Positions 37,101 through 57,545 of a DNA stretch of 64,000 nucleotides are shown piece after piece; the first letter of the stretch is position 1; every line of letters begins with the position of its first letter. Where the stretch lies: NCBI RefSeq assembly GCF_009914755.1, contig NC_060938.1. One strand, 5' to 3'. The stretch comes from the human T2T-CHM13v2.0 reference genome, Homo sapiens. Below the pieces are notes generated by a model. It made no database searches and was not told the DNA's origin. It saw nothing but the letters and a program-made list of their open reading frames with translations. The position numbers were made by a program, and so were the translations under genes.

Positions 37101-39291
37101 ACAGGGGACATTGAGACATATCTCTGCACTGATCACCCAGGTGTTGCAACTCTTTTCTGGGATCTGCTTACAGGGGACATTGTGACATATCTCTGTCCTG
37201 ATCACCCAGGTGATGTAACTCTTGTCTAGGCTCTGCCTACTGGAGGCATTGTGACATATCTCCGCACTGATCACCCAGGTGGTGTCATTTTTGTCAAGGA
37301 TATGGCCAGAGGGACATTGTGACATGTCACTGCACTGATCACACAGCTGATGTAACCCTTGTCTAGGCTCTGGATACAGGGGGGTTGTGACACATTTCTG
37401 CACTGATCACCCAGGTGATGGAACCGTTGTCTAGGCTCTGCCAAAAGGGGTTATTGTGACATAACTCTGCAGTGATCACCGAGGTGATTGGACGCTGGTC
37501 TAGGCTCTGCCTACAGGGGCATTGTGACATATCTCTGCAGTGATCACGCAGGTGATGTAACTCTTGTCTATATCTACCTACTGGTGGAGTTGTGGCATAT
37601 TTCAGCACTGGTCACCCAGGTGATGGACTCTTGTCTTGGATCTGCCTATGGGGGTATAGTGACATATCTCTGCACTGATCACTCATGTGATGTAATGCTT
37701 GTCTAAGCTGCGTCTAAAGGGGAATTGTGACAGATATCTCCAGTGATCCCCCAGGTGATGTATCAATTTTCTGGGATTTGTCTACAGGGGGCTTTGTGAC
37801 ATATCTTTGCACTGATCACCCAGGTGATGTAACTGTTGTCTAGGCTCCACCTACAAGGGATATTGTGACGTATCTCTGCACTGATCACCCAGGTGATGTA
37901 ACATTTATCCAGCCTCTGCCTACAGGGGCGTTTTGGCGTATCTCTGCACAGATCACCTAGGCTATGTAACTCTTGTCCACTCTCTGCCTACACGGGTCAT
38001 TGTGAAATATCTCTGCCCTGATCAACCAGGTGATGGTACTCTTCTCTATACACTGCCTAGAGGGGGATTTGTGACATATCTCTGCACTGATCACCCAGGT
38101 GATGGAATTCTTGTCTAGGCTCTGTCTATGAGGGCATTTTGTCAAATATCTGCACTGATCACCCAGGTGATGTAACTATTCTCTAGGCTCTGTCTACAGG
38201 GATTTTAATGACATATCACTGCACTGATCACCTAGGTGATGTAAGCCTTGTATGGGCTTTGCATACAGAAGGCTTTGTGACATAGTCTATGCACTGATCT
38301 CTGAGGTGATGCTACTCTTGTCTAGGCACTGCCTACAGGGGTCATTGATATATATCTCTGCACTGATCACCCAGGTGATGGACTCTTGTCTTAGATCTGC
38401 CTACATGTATATTCTGACACATATCTGAACTGATCAACCAAGTGATGAAACACTTGTCTAGTCTCTGCCTTCAGGGGCTTTGTGACACATCTCTTCACTG
38501 ATAACCCTGGGGAGGGAACTCTTGTCTACACTCTGCCTACAGGAGGCTTTATGACTTTTACCTGCACTGATAACCCAGGTGATGTAACACTTGTCTAGGC
38601 TCTGCTACAAGGGAATTCTCACATATCTCTGCACTGATCACCCAGGTGATGTAACTCCTGTCTAGGTTCAGCTACAGGAGCGTTTTGACATATCTCTGCA
38701 CTGATCACCGAGGTGATGTAACCCTTGTCTAACCTCTGCCTAAAGGGGCATTGAGACAGATCTCTCCACTGCTCACCCAGGTGTTGTAACTATTGTCTGG
38801 GCTTTGCCTACCGGGGGCTTTGTGATATACATTTCCACTGATCAAACAGGTGATGTAACCCTTGTCAAGGTTCTGCTTACAGGGGCTTTGTGACATATCT
38901 CTTCCCTGATCACCCCAGGGAGGAAACACTTGTCTACACTCCGCCTACAGGAGGCTTTACAAACTATCCCTGCACTGATCACTAGGAGATGTAACATTTC
39001 TAGGCTCTGTCTACACGGGAATTTTCACATATCTCTGCACTGATCACCTAAATGATGTAACCCTTGTGTTGGTTGAGCCTACTGGGGATTTCTGACATAC
39101 CTCTGCACTGATCACCGAAGTGATGTAAATCATTTCCAGGCTTTTTGTACAGGGGACATTGTGATATATCTCTGCACTTATCACCCAAATAATGCAAATC
39201 TTCTCTAGGCTCCACAGGGAGGGGGCATTGTGACATATTTCTGAACTTATCATCCAGGAGATGTAGCTCTTCTCCAGGCTTTGACTAAAGA
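34188..39291. repeat. Divergent beta-satellite spacer 3
   Basis: 68-bp monomers, ~5.1 kb. Confidence 0.94.
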
Positions 39292-42017
<2,726 letters not shown>

Positions 42018-45000
42018 TGACACATCTTTGAACTGATCAACAAAGTGAGGTAACACTTGTCTAGGCTCTGCCTACAGGGGCTTTGTGACATATCTCTGCA
42101 CTGATCACCCACGTGGTGGGACTTTTGTCTAGGCTCTGCCTATGGGGGCATTGTGACATATCTCTACACTGATCACCCAGGTGATGTAACTCTTGTGTTG
42201 GATATGTCTGTGGGGGCATTGCGACATATTTCTGCACTGATCACCCAGGTGATGGGACTCTTGTCTAGGCTCTGTGTATGGGGGCTTTGTGACATATCTC
42301 TGCACTGATCACCCAGGTGATGTAACGCTTGATTAGGCTCTGCCTACGGGGCATAGTGACATATCACTGAATTGATAATCGAGGTGATGTAACTCTTGTC
42401 CAGGCTCTGCCTATAGGGGGTCTTGTGACATATCTCTGCACTGATCACGTAGGTGATGTAACTCTTGCTTACGCTCTCCCTGCAGGGGCATTGTGAAATA
42501 TCTCTGCACTGATCACCCAGGTGATGGGACTCTTCTCTAGGCTCTGCTTACTGGGGGAATTGTCACATATGTCTGCACTGATAACCCAGGTGACGGACTC
42601 CTGTCTTTGATTTGCCTATGGGGGCATTGTGACATATCTCTGCACTGATCACCCAGGTGATGTCACTCTGGTCTAAGCTCTGCCTAAAGGAGCATTGTGA
42701 CAGTTCTCTGCACTGATCACTCAGGTGATGTCACTATTGTCTAGGCTCTGCTTAAAAGGGCCTTGTCACATATGTCTGCACAGATCATCCAGGTGATGTA
42801 ACTCTTGTCTAGGCTCTTCTTACAGGGGGTATAGTGACAAATCTCTGCACTGATCACCTAAGTGTTGTAACACTTGTGTAGGCTCTGCCAACAGGGGGAT
42901 TTTGACATATCTCTGCACTGTTAACCGAGGTGACGTAACTCTTGTCGAGGCTGTGCCCACAGGGGGATTGAGACATATCTCTGCACTGATGCCGGGGTGT
43001 TCTAACTCTTGCCTGGTCTCTGCCTACTGGGGTTACTGTGACATATCTCTGCACCAATCTCCCGGGTGCTGTAACTTTAATCTAGGCTCTGGTTACACGG
43101 AATTGTGACATATCACTGCACCCAAGTGATATAACTCTTGTCTAGGCTCTGTCTACATTGTTCTCGTGAGATATCTCTGCCCTGATCACCCAGGTGACAT
43201 AACTCTTCTCTAGGATCTGCCTACAGGGTTCTATGTGACATATCCCTGCAATGATCACCCAGGTGATATACCACTTGTCAAGGCTCTGCCAACAGGGGCA
43301 TTGCGACACATCTCTGCACTGATCACCCAGGTAGTGTAACTGTTGTATAAGCTCTGCCTACAGCGGAATTGTGAGAGATCTCGCCACTGATCACCCAAGT
43401 GATGTAACAATTTTCTAGGCTTTGCCTATAATGGGCTTTGTGACATACATTTGCACTGATCACCCAGGTGATGTAACTCATCTAAGTTCTGCCTACAGGA
43501 GCTTTGTGACATATCTCTGCACTGATCACTTAGGGTATGTAACACTTTTATAAGCACTGCCTACAGGGAAATTGGACAAATCTCTGCACTGATCACCTAG
43601 GTGATGTAACTCTTGTCTACCCTCTGCCCAAAGGGGGCATTGTGAAATATCTCTGCAATGATCACCCAGGTGATTCTACTCTTGTCTAGGATCTGCCCAC
43701 AGGGGGTATTGTGAAATATGTCTACACTGATCAACTAGGTGATATAACTCCTGTCTAGGCTCTGCCTACAGGGGCGTTTTCACATATCCCTGAACTGATG
43801 ACAAAGGTGATGTAACTCTGGCCTAGGCTTTGCCTACAGGGGACATTGTGACATATCCCTGCACTGATCACCCAGGTGATGCAACGCTTCTCTATGCTCT
43901 GCCTACAGCGGACATTGTGACATATCTCTGCACTGATCACCCAGTTGATGCAACTCTTCTCTATGCTCTGCCTACAGGGGGCATTGTGACATATTTCTGC
44001 ACTGATCAACCAGGTGATGTAACTCTTTTCTAGTCTCTGCCGACAGAGGGCGTTGTGACATCACTCTGCACGGATCACACGGTTTATGTAAATCTTGACT
44101 AGGCTCTGCCTACGGGGGCATTTTCACATATCACTGCACTGATCACCGAGATGATGTAACTCTTGTATAGGCTTCGCCGACAGGGGGCATTGAGACATAT
44201 CTCTGCGCTAATCACCGAGGTGATGCAACTGTTGTCTGGGATCTGCTTACAGGCGGCATTGTGACATATCTCTGCCCTGATCACCCAGGTGATGTAACTC
44301 TTGTCTAGGCTCTGCCTACTGGAGACATTGTGACATATCTCCGCACTGATCACCCAGTTGATGTCACTATTGTCAAGGATATGGCTATAGAGACATTGTG
44401 ACATGTCACTGCACTGATCACAGAGCTGATGTAACTCTTGTCTAGGCTCTGGCAACAGGGAGCTAGTGACACATCTCTGCACTGATCACACAGGTGATGT
44501 AACTCTGTTCTAAGCTCTGCCTAAAGGGGCATTGTGACAGATCTCTGCACTGAGCACTCAGGTGGTGTAACTATTGTCTAGGCTCTGCTTAAAGGGGCCT
44601 TGTCACATATCTCTGCACTGATCACCCAGGTGATGTAACTCTTGTCTAGGCTCTGCTTACAGGGGGTATTGTGACATAACCCTGCACTGATCACCTAAGT
44701 GATGTAACACTTATGTAGTCTCTGCCTACAGTGGCATTTTGACATATCTCTGCACTGTTAACCGAGGTGATGAAACTCGTGTCTAGTGTGTGCCCACAGG
44801 GGGATTGGGACATATCTCTGCACTGATCCCGAGGTGATCCAACTCTTGCCTGGTCTCTGCCTACTGGGGACATTGTGACATACCTCTGCTCTGATCACCC
44901 AGGTGCTGTAACTTTAGTGTAGGCTCTGGCTACACGGCATTGTGACATATCACTGCACTGATTACCCAGGTGATATAACTCTTGTCTAGGCTCTGCCTAC

Positions 45001-47389
45001 AGGGGGCTTGTGACATATCTCTGCACTGATCACCCAGGTGATATAACTCTTCTCTAGGATCTGCCTACAGGGTGTTTTGTGAACTATCCCTGCAATGGTC
45101 ACCCAGGTGATGTACCACTTGTCAACGCTCTGCCTACAGGGGCATTGCGAGATATGTCTGCACTGATCACCTAGGTCAAGTAACTCTTTTATAAGCTCTG
45201 CCAACAGTGGCATTCTGACATATCTCTGCACTGATCACCCAGGTGACGTAACTCTTTTCTAGGATCTGCTTACAGGGTGCTTGGTGACATATCCCTGCAA
45301 TGATCACCCAGGTGATGTACCACTTGTCAAGGCTCTGCCTACAGGGACATTGCGTTTTATCTCTGCACTGATCACCTAGGTCATGTAACTCTTTTCTAGG
45401 CTCTGCCTATAGTGGCATTGTGACATATCTCTGCCCTGATCATCCAAGTGATGTAACTATTGTCTAGGATCTGCCTAAAGGGACTTTGTGACATAACTCT
45501 GCACTGATCATCCAGGTGATGGGGCTTTTGTCTAGGCTCTCCTAAGGAGGCATTGTGACATATTTTTGCACTGATCACCCAGGTGATGGACTCCTGTCTT
45601 GGATCTGCCTATGGGGGCATTGTGACATATCTCTGCACTGATCACACAGGTGATGTAACTGTTGTATAAGCTCTGCCTACAGGAGAATTGTGAGAGATCT
45701 CCCCACTTATCACTCAATTGATGTAACTATTGTCTAGGGTTTGCCTAAAGGGGGCTTTGTGACATACCTTTTCACTGGTCACCCAGGTGATGTAACTCAT
45801 CTAAGTTCTGCCTACAGAAGCTTTCTGAGATATCGCTGCACTGATCACTTAGGTGATGTAACACTTTTATAAGCACTGCCTACAGGGAATTTTGACAAAT
45901 CTCTGCACTGATAACGTAGGTGATGTAACTCTTTTCTAGGATCTGCCTACAGGGTGCTTTGTGACATATCCCTGCAATGATCACCCAGGTGATGTACCAC
46001 TTCTCAAGGCTCTGCCTACAGGGACATTGCGAAGTATCTCTGCACTGATCTCCGAGGTCATGTAACTCTTGTCCACTCTCTGCCTATAGGGGGCATTGTG
46101 AAATATCTCTGCACTGATCACCCAGGTGTTGGGACTCTTCTCTATACTCTGCCTATAGGGGAATTTGTGACATACCTCTGCACTCATCACCCACGTGATG
46201 GAAGACTTGTCTGGTCTCTGTCTATGGTGGCATTGTGTCAAATATCTGCACTGATCACCCAGGTGATGTAACTCTTGTCTAGGCTCTGTCTACAGGGATT
46301 TGTGTGACATATCACTGCACTGATCACCTAGATGATGTAAGCCTTGTTTAGGTTTGCCTACAGAAGGCTTTGTGACATATCTATGCACTGATCTCTGAGG
46401 TGATGCTACTCTTGTCTAGGCACTGCCTACAGGGGACATTGGTACATATCTCTGCACTGATCACCCAGGTGATGGACACTTGTCTTAGATCTGCCTACAT
46501 GGACATTGTGACACATCTCTGAACTGATCAACCAAGTGATGAAATTCTTGTCTAGGCTCTGCCTTCAGGGCCTTTGTGACACATCTCTGCACTGATCACC
46601 CTGGGGAGGGAACTCTTGTCTACGCTCTGCCTACAGGAGGCTTTATGACTTTTACCTGCACTGATAACCCAGGTGATGTAACACTTGTCTAGGCTCTGCC
46701 TACACGGGAATTCTCACATATCTCTGTACTGATCACCCGGGTGATGTAATTCCTTTCTAGGTTCAGCCTACAGGAGCGTTTTGACATATCTCTGCACTGA
46801 TCACCCAGATGATGTAACCCTTGTCTAAGCTCTGCCTACAGGGGCATTGTGACAGATCTCTCCACTGCTCACCCAGGTGATGTAACAATTGTCTGGGCTT
46901 TGCCTACAGTGGGCTTTGTGATATACATTTCCACTGATCAAACAGGTGATGTAACCCTTGTCAAGGTTCTGCTTACAGGGGCTTTGTGACATATCTCTAC
47001 ACTGATCACCCCAGGGAGGAAACACTTGTCTACTCTATGTCTACAGGAGACTTTACGACTTATCCCTGCACTGATCACTAGGTGATGTAACACTTGTCTA
47101 GGATCTGTCTGCACGGGAATTTTCACATATCGCTACATTGATCACCTAAGTGATGTAACCCTTGTTTACGTTCAGCCTACTGGGGATTTCTGACATAACT
47201 ATGCACTGATCAACGAGTTGATGTATATCATTTCCAGGCTTTTGGTACAGGGGACATTGTGATGTATCTCTGCACTGATCACCCAAATGATGCAAATCTT
47301 CTCTAGGCTCCACGCAGAGGAGGCATTGTGACATATTTCTGTACTGATCATCCAGGAGATTTAACTATTCTCCAGGCTTTGACTAAAGA
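42018..47389. repeat. Divergent beta-satellite spacer 4
   Basis: 68-bp monomers, ~5.4 kb. Confidence 0.94.
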
Positions 47390-50155
<2,766 letters not shown>

Positions 50156-53100
50156 TGAAACATCTCTGAACGGATCAACAAAGTGATGTAAGTCTTGTCT
50201 AGACTCTGCCTACAGGGGCTTTGTGATGTATCTCTGCACTGATCACCCAGGTGATGGGACATTTGTCTAGGCTCTGCCTATGACGGCATTGTGACATATC
50301 TCTACACTGACCACCAAGGTGATGTGAGTCTTTTGTTGGATCTGCCTCTGGGGGCATTGTGATATATTTCTGCACTGATCATCCAGGTGATGGGACTCTA
50401 GTCTAGGCTGGGTGTATGGGGCTTTGTGACATACCTTTGCACGGACCACCCAGGTGATGTAACTCACCTAAGTTCTGCCTACAGGAGCTTTGTGACATAT
50501 CTCTGCACTGATCACTTAGGTGATGTAACACTTTTATAAGCACTGCCTACAGGGAATTTTGACAAATCTCTGCACTGATCACCTAGGTGATGTAACTCTT
50601 GTCCGCCCTCTGCCCAAAGGGGCATTGTGAAATATCTCTTAACTGATCACTCAGGTGATTCAACTCCTGTGTAGGATCTGCCTACAGCAGCGTTTTCACA
50701 TATCCCTGAAATGATGACAAAGGTGATGTAACTCTTGCCTAGGCTTTGCCTACAGGGCACATTGTGACATATCTCTGCACTGATCACCCAGGTGATGCAA
50801 TTCTTCTCTATGCTCTGCCTACAGGGGACATTGTGACATATCACTTCACTGATCACCCAGGTGATGCAGCTCTTCTCTATGCTCTGCCTCCAGGGGTCAT
50901 TGTGATATACCTCTTCACTGATCACCCAGGTGATGTAACTCTTGTCTAGGTTCTGCTTACAAGGGGTATTGTGACATATCTCTGCACTGATCACCTAAGT
51001 GATGTAACACTTGTGTAGGCTATGCCTACAGGGGCATTTAGACATATCTCTGCACTGTTAACCGAGGTGATGTAACTCTTGTCTAGGCTGTGCCCACAGG
51101 GTGATTGAGACATATCTCTGCACTGATCCCGAGGTGATCCAACTCTTGCTTGGTCTCTGCCTACTGGGGATATTGTGACATATCTCTGCACTGATCTCCC
51201 AGGTGCAGTAACTTTATTCTAGGCTCTGGCTACACTGCATTGTGACATATCACTGCACTGATCATCCAAGTGATATAACTCTTGTCTAGTCTCTGCATAC
51301 AGGATTCTTGTGACATATCTCTGCACTGATCACCCAGGTGATGTAACTGTTGTATAAGCCCTGCCTACAGGGGAATTATGAGAGATCTCGCCACTGATCA
51401 CCGAAGTGATGTAACTATCGTCAAGGCTTTGCCTACAGGGGGCTTTGTGACATACCTTTGCACTGATCACCCAGGTGATGTAGCTCATCTAAGTTCTGCC
51501 TACAGGAGCTTTGTGACATATCTCTGCACTGATCCCTTAGGTGATGCAATACTTTTATAAGCACTGCTACCGGGAATTTTGAAAAATCTCTGCACAGAAC
51601 ACCTAGGTGATGTAACTCTTGTCTACCCTCTGCCCAAAGGGGGCATTGTGAAATATCTCTGCACTGATCCACTAGGTGATGTAACTAGTGTCTATGCTCT
51701 GCCTACAGGGGCGTTTTCACATATCCCTGAACTGATGACAAAGGTGATGTAACTCTTGCCTAGGTTTTGCCTACAGGGCAAATTGTGACATATCTCTGCA
51801 CTGATAACCCAGGTGATGCAACTCTTGTCTAGGATCTGCCTACAGCAGAATTTTCACATATCCCTGAACTGATGACAAAGGTGATGGAACTCTTGCCTAG
51901 GCTTTGCCTACAGGGGAAATTGTGACATATCTCTGCACTGATAACCCAGGTGATGCAACTCTTCTCTATGCTCTGCCTACAGGGGACATTGTGACATATC
52001 TCTGCACTGATAACCCAGGTGATGTAACTCTTGTCTAGGCTCTGATTACAGGGGGTATTGGGACATATCTCTGCACTGATCACCTAAGTGATGTAACACT
52101 TGTGTAGGCTATGCCTACAGGGGCATTTTGACATATCTCTGCACTGTTAACCGAGGTGATGTAACTCTTCTCAAGGCTGTCCCCACAGTGGGATTGAGAC
52201 ATATCTCTGCACTGATCCCGAGGTGATCCAACTCTTGCCTGGTCTCTGCCTACTGGGGACATTGTGACATATCTCTGCACTGATCTCCCAGGTGCAGTAA
52301 CTTTAGTCTAGGCACTGGCTACATGGCATTGTGACATATCACTGCACTGATCACCCAGGTGTTATAACTCTTGCCTAAGCTCTGCCTACAGGGTTCCTGT
52401 GACATATCTCTGCACTGATCATCCAGGTGATATAACTCTTCTTTAGGATCTGCCTACAGGGTGCTTTATGACATATCCCTGCAAAGATCACCCAGGTGAT
52501 ATACCCCTTGTCAAGGCTCTGCCTACAGGGGCATTGCGATGTATCTCTGCACTGATCACCTAGGTCATGTAACTCTTGTCTAGGCTCTGCCTACAGTGGC
52601 ATTGTGACATATCTCTTCACTGATTACCCACGAGATGTAACTCTTTTCTAGGATCTGCCTACAGGGTGCTTGGTGACATATCCCTGCAATGATCAACCAG
52701 GTGATGTACCACTTGTCAAGGATCTGCCTACAGGGACATTGCAATGTATCTCTGCACTGATCACCTAGGTCCTGTAACTCTTTTCTAGGCTCTGCCTACA
52801 GTGGCATTGTGACATATCTCTGCACTGATCATCCAAGTGATGTAACTCTTGTCTAGGATCTGCCTAAAGGGACTTTGTGACATAACTCTGCACTGATCAT
52901 CCAAGTGATGGGGCTTTTGTCTAGGCTCTGCCTAAGGGGGCATTGTGACATATTTCTGAACTGATCAACCAGGTGACGGACTCTTGTCTTGGATCTGCCT
53001 ATGGGGGCATTGTGACATATCTCTGCACTGATCACCCAGGTGATGCAAGTGTTGTATAAGCTGTGCCTACAGGGAAATTGTGAGAGATCTCTCCACTGAC

Positions 53101-54783
53101 CATCCAAGTGATGTAACTATTGTCTAGGCTTTGCCTACATGGGGCTTTGTGACATACCTTTGAACTGATCACACAGGTGATATAACTCATCTAAGTTCTG
53201 CCTACAGGAGTTTTGTGATATATCTCTGCACTGATCACCCAGGTGATGTAACTTTTGTCTAGGCTCCACCTACAAGGAGTATTGTGACGTATCTCTGCAC
53301 TGATCACTCATGTGATGTAACTGTTGTCTAGGCTCCACCTACAGGGTGTATTGTGGCGTATCTCTGCAGTGATCGCGCTGGTGATGTAACATTTATCCAG
53401 GTGCTGCCTACTGGGGAGCTTTGACATAGCTCTGCACAGATCACCTAGGTTATGTAACTCTTGTCGACTCTCTGCCTACAGGGGGCATTGTGAAATATCT
53501 TTGCACTGATCACCCGTGTGATGGGACTCTTCTCTATACTCTGCCTATAGGGGGATTTGTGACATATCTGTGCACTGATCACCCAGGTGATGGAAGTCTT
53601 GTCTAGGCTCTGTCTATGGGAGCATTATGTCAAATATCTGCACTGATCACCCAGGTGATGTAACTCTTGTCTAGGCTCTGTCTACAGGGATTTTTGTGAC
53701 ATATCACTGCACTGATCACCTAGGTGGTGTAAGCCTTGTATGGGCGTTGCCTACAGAAGGCTTTGTGGCATATCTATGCTCTGATCTGTGAGGTGATGCA
53801 TCTCATGCCTAGGCACTGCCTACATGGGACATTGGTACATATCTCTGCACTGATCACCCAGGTGATGGACCCTTGACTTAGATCTGCCTACATGGACATT
53901 GTGACACATCTCTGAACTGATCAACCATGTGATGAAACTCTTGTCTAGGATCTGACTACAGGGACTTTGTGACACATCTCTGCACTGATCACTCTGGGGA
54001 GGGAACTCTTTTCTATGCTCTGCCTTCAGGAGGCTTTACGACTTATAACTGCACTGATAACCTAGGTGATGTAATACTTGTCTAGACTCTGCCTACACTG
54101 GAATTCTCACATATCTCTGCAATGATCACCCAGTTGATGTAACTCCTGTCTAGGTTCAGCCTACAGGAGCGTTTTGACATATGTCTGCACTGATCACCCA
54201 GGTGATGTAACCCTTGTCTAAGCTGTGCCTACAGGGGCATTGTGACAGATCTCTCCACTGCTCACCCAGGTGATGTAACAGTTATCTTGGCTTTGCCTAC
54301 AGGGGACTTTCTGATATACATTTCCACTGATGAAACAGGTGATGTAACCTTTGTCAAAGTTCTGCTTACAGGGGCTTTGTGACATATCTCTGTACTGATC
54401 ACCCCAGGGTGGAACCACTTTTCTGCACTCCGCCTACAGGAGGCTTTACGACTTATCCCTGCACTGATCACTAGGTGATGTAATACTTGTCTAAGCTCTG
54501 TCTACAAGGGAATTTTCACATATCTCTATACTGATCACCTAAGTGATGTAACCCTTGTCTAGGTTCAGCCTACTGGGGATTTCTGACATACCTATGCACT
54601 GATCACTGAGGTGATGTAAATCATTTCCAGGCTTTCTGTACGGGGGACATTGTGATATATCTCTGCACTTATCACCCAAATGATGCAAATGTTTTCTAGA
54701 CTCCACAGGGAGAGGGCATTGTGACATATTTCTGAACGGATCATCTAGGAAGATGTAACTATTCTCCAGGCTTTGACTAAAGA
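50156..54783. repeat. Divergent beta-satellite spacer 5
   Basis: 68-bp monomers, ~4.6 kb, with an internal ~1.1-kb-offset duplication. Confidence 0.94.
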
Positions 54784-54894
54784 GCATCGGAAGGTGTTGG
54801 GAGAGCCTCAGCCGGAACTTCATGGATGGACAAGGGCACAGAGAGGCCAGCGGGCTCCCTTGCACATCAGCCGGGGTGCCCAATGAGCGCAGGT
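54720..54894 (-). other. pLAM / DUX4 exon-3 homologue, copy 6 (no ATTAAA)
   Basis: GGCTAG|ACCTGCGC acceptor; poly(A)-signal position reads GTCACA. Confidence 0.75.
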
Positions 54895-55484
54895 CTAGCC
54901 AGGAAGCCGGCAAAGAGAGCTAGAGGTCTGCGTTCCGCCGCCAGGTGCTCCATGGTGGCAGCTGGGAGGCTGCAGGGGTACGGGCGGGTCGGCGACAGTA
55001 GCGTGGAGGCGCAGAGGAGGCAAGCCACTGAGGGGTGACAGGCCTGGACGCTGGGCTGGCCCGGTGTTTCATGGGATGGGGGTCTCCACCTATCCCAGTG
55101 GAGGACTCATTTCCTGGGGGTGTGGGGTAGGGTTTGGGTGGGGGTGGTCAGCCGTGGGTGGGTTGGTGGAAAGGCATGAGAGCTCTGTCTGGGCTGCTCC
55201 CACAGCACAGGCGGCTGCCCGCAAAGCCGCGCGTGCACAGTAGGCGGCACACATGCTGGTACCTGTGCCGGCTCTGGGATCCCCGTGATGCCCAGGAAAG
55301 AATGGCAGTTCTCCACTGTGAGGAGCCTCTAACCCGGCCTAGACCTAGAAGGCAGGAATCCCAGGGCGGTCAGCCCGGTGGAGGGAGCGTGGGGAAGACA
55401 CGCCCCTCCATACTCAGCCAGGTGTTCCCCGTGAAAGAGAGGCCACCGCCCTACCCAGACCCGACCACGACCCCACCCTGCGTC

Positions 55485-56959
<1,475 letters not shown>

Positions 56960-57545
56960 ACACCGGTAGGTTCCCAGGGCTTAGAGGCCTGCGGCCGGGG
57001 ATGGTTTCGTGGAGGGGGGGAGGGCGTGGTGATGGTGGTCGTGGGGTCAGAGAGACGAAAGGAAGGGGGCAATGGGGAAGGGGTAACAGTGCCGCGTTTC
57101 GGGGGCTGGATCTCCGGACCTTTCCAGGAATCCCGCGGGAACTGGAAGCCACTCTCTGGGCACCCACGCATCATCAGCAGGGAGAAACCGGCTTGGGACG
57201 GTGGAGGGGAGTGTGGAACTGAACCTCCAAGGCAGTCTTGAGTGTTCCAGGCCCTCTCTCCGTGAAGAAGAGTTCCTGTTGGTGTCACCGTTACCGGGAC
57301 AGTCTCACACGCCCAGGCTTGTGGCTCTCGTTCATTTCCGTGCAGGAGACCAGAGTGAGATCCCAGAGAGAAGATGCAACCCGGCGTGATGGCCTGATGA
57401 TGGATTCCCGTGTGTGACAACATGGGGAGTCTGCAGTGTGGCCGGTTTGGAAACTGGGAAGGAGAGCGAAGGCACCGTGCCGGTCTTCCACCCTTCCCTG
57501 CATGTTTCCGGGTGCCTGCATAGCTCCGGCAGCAAACAGTCAGCA

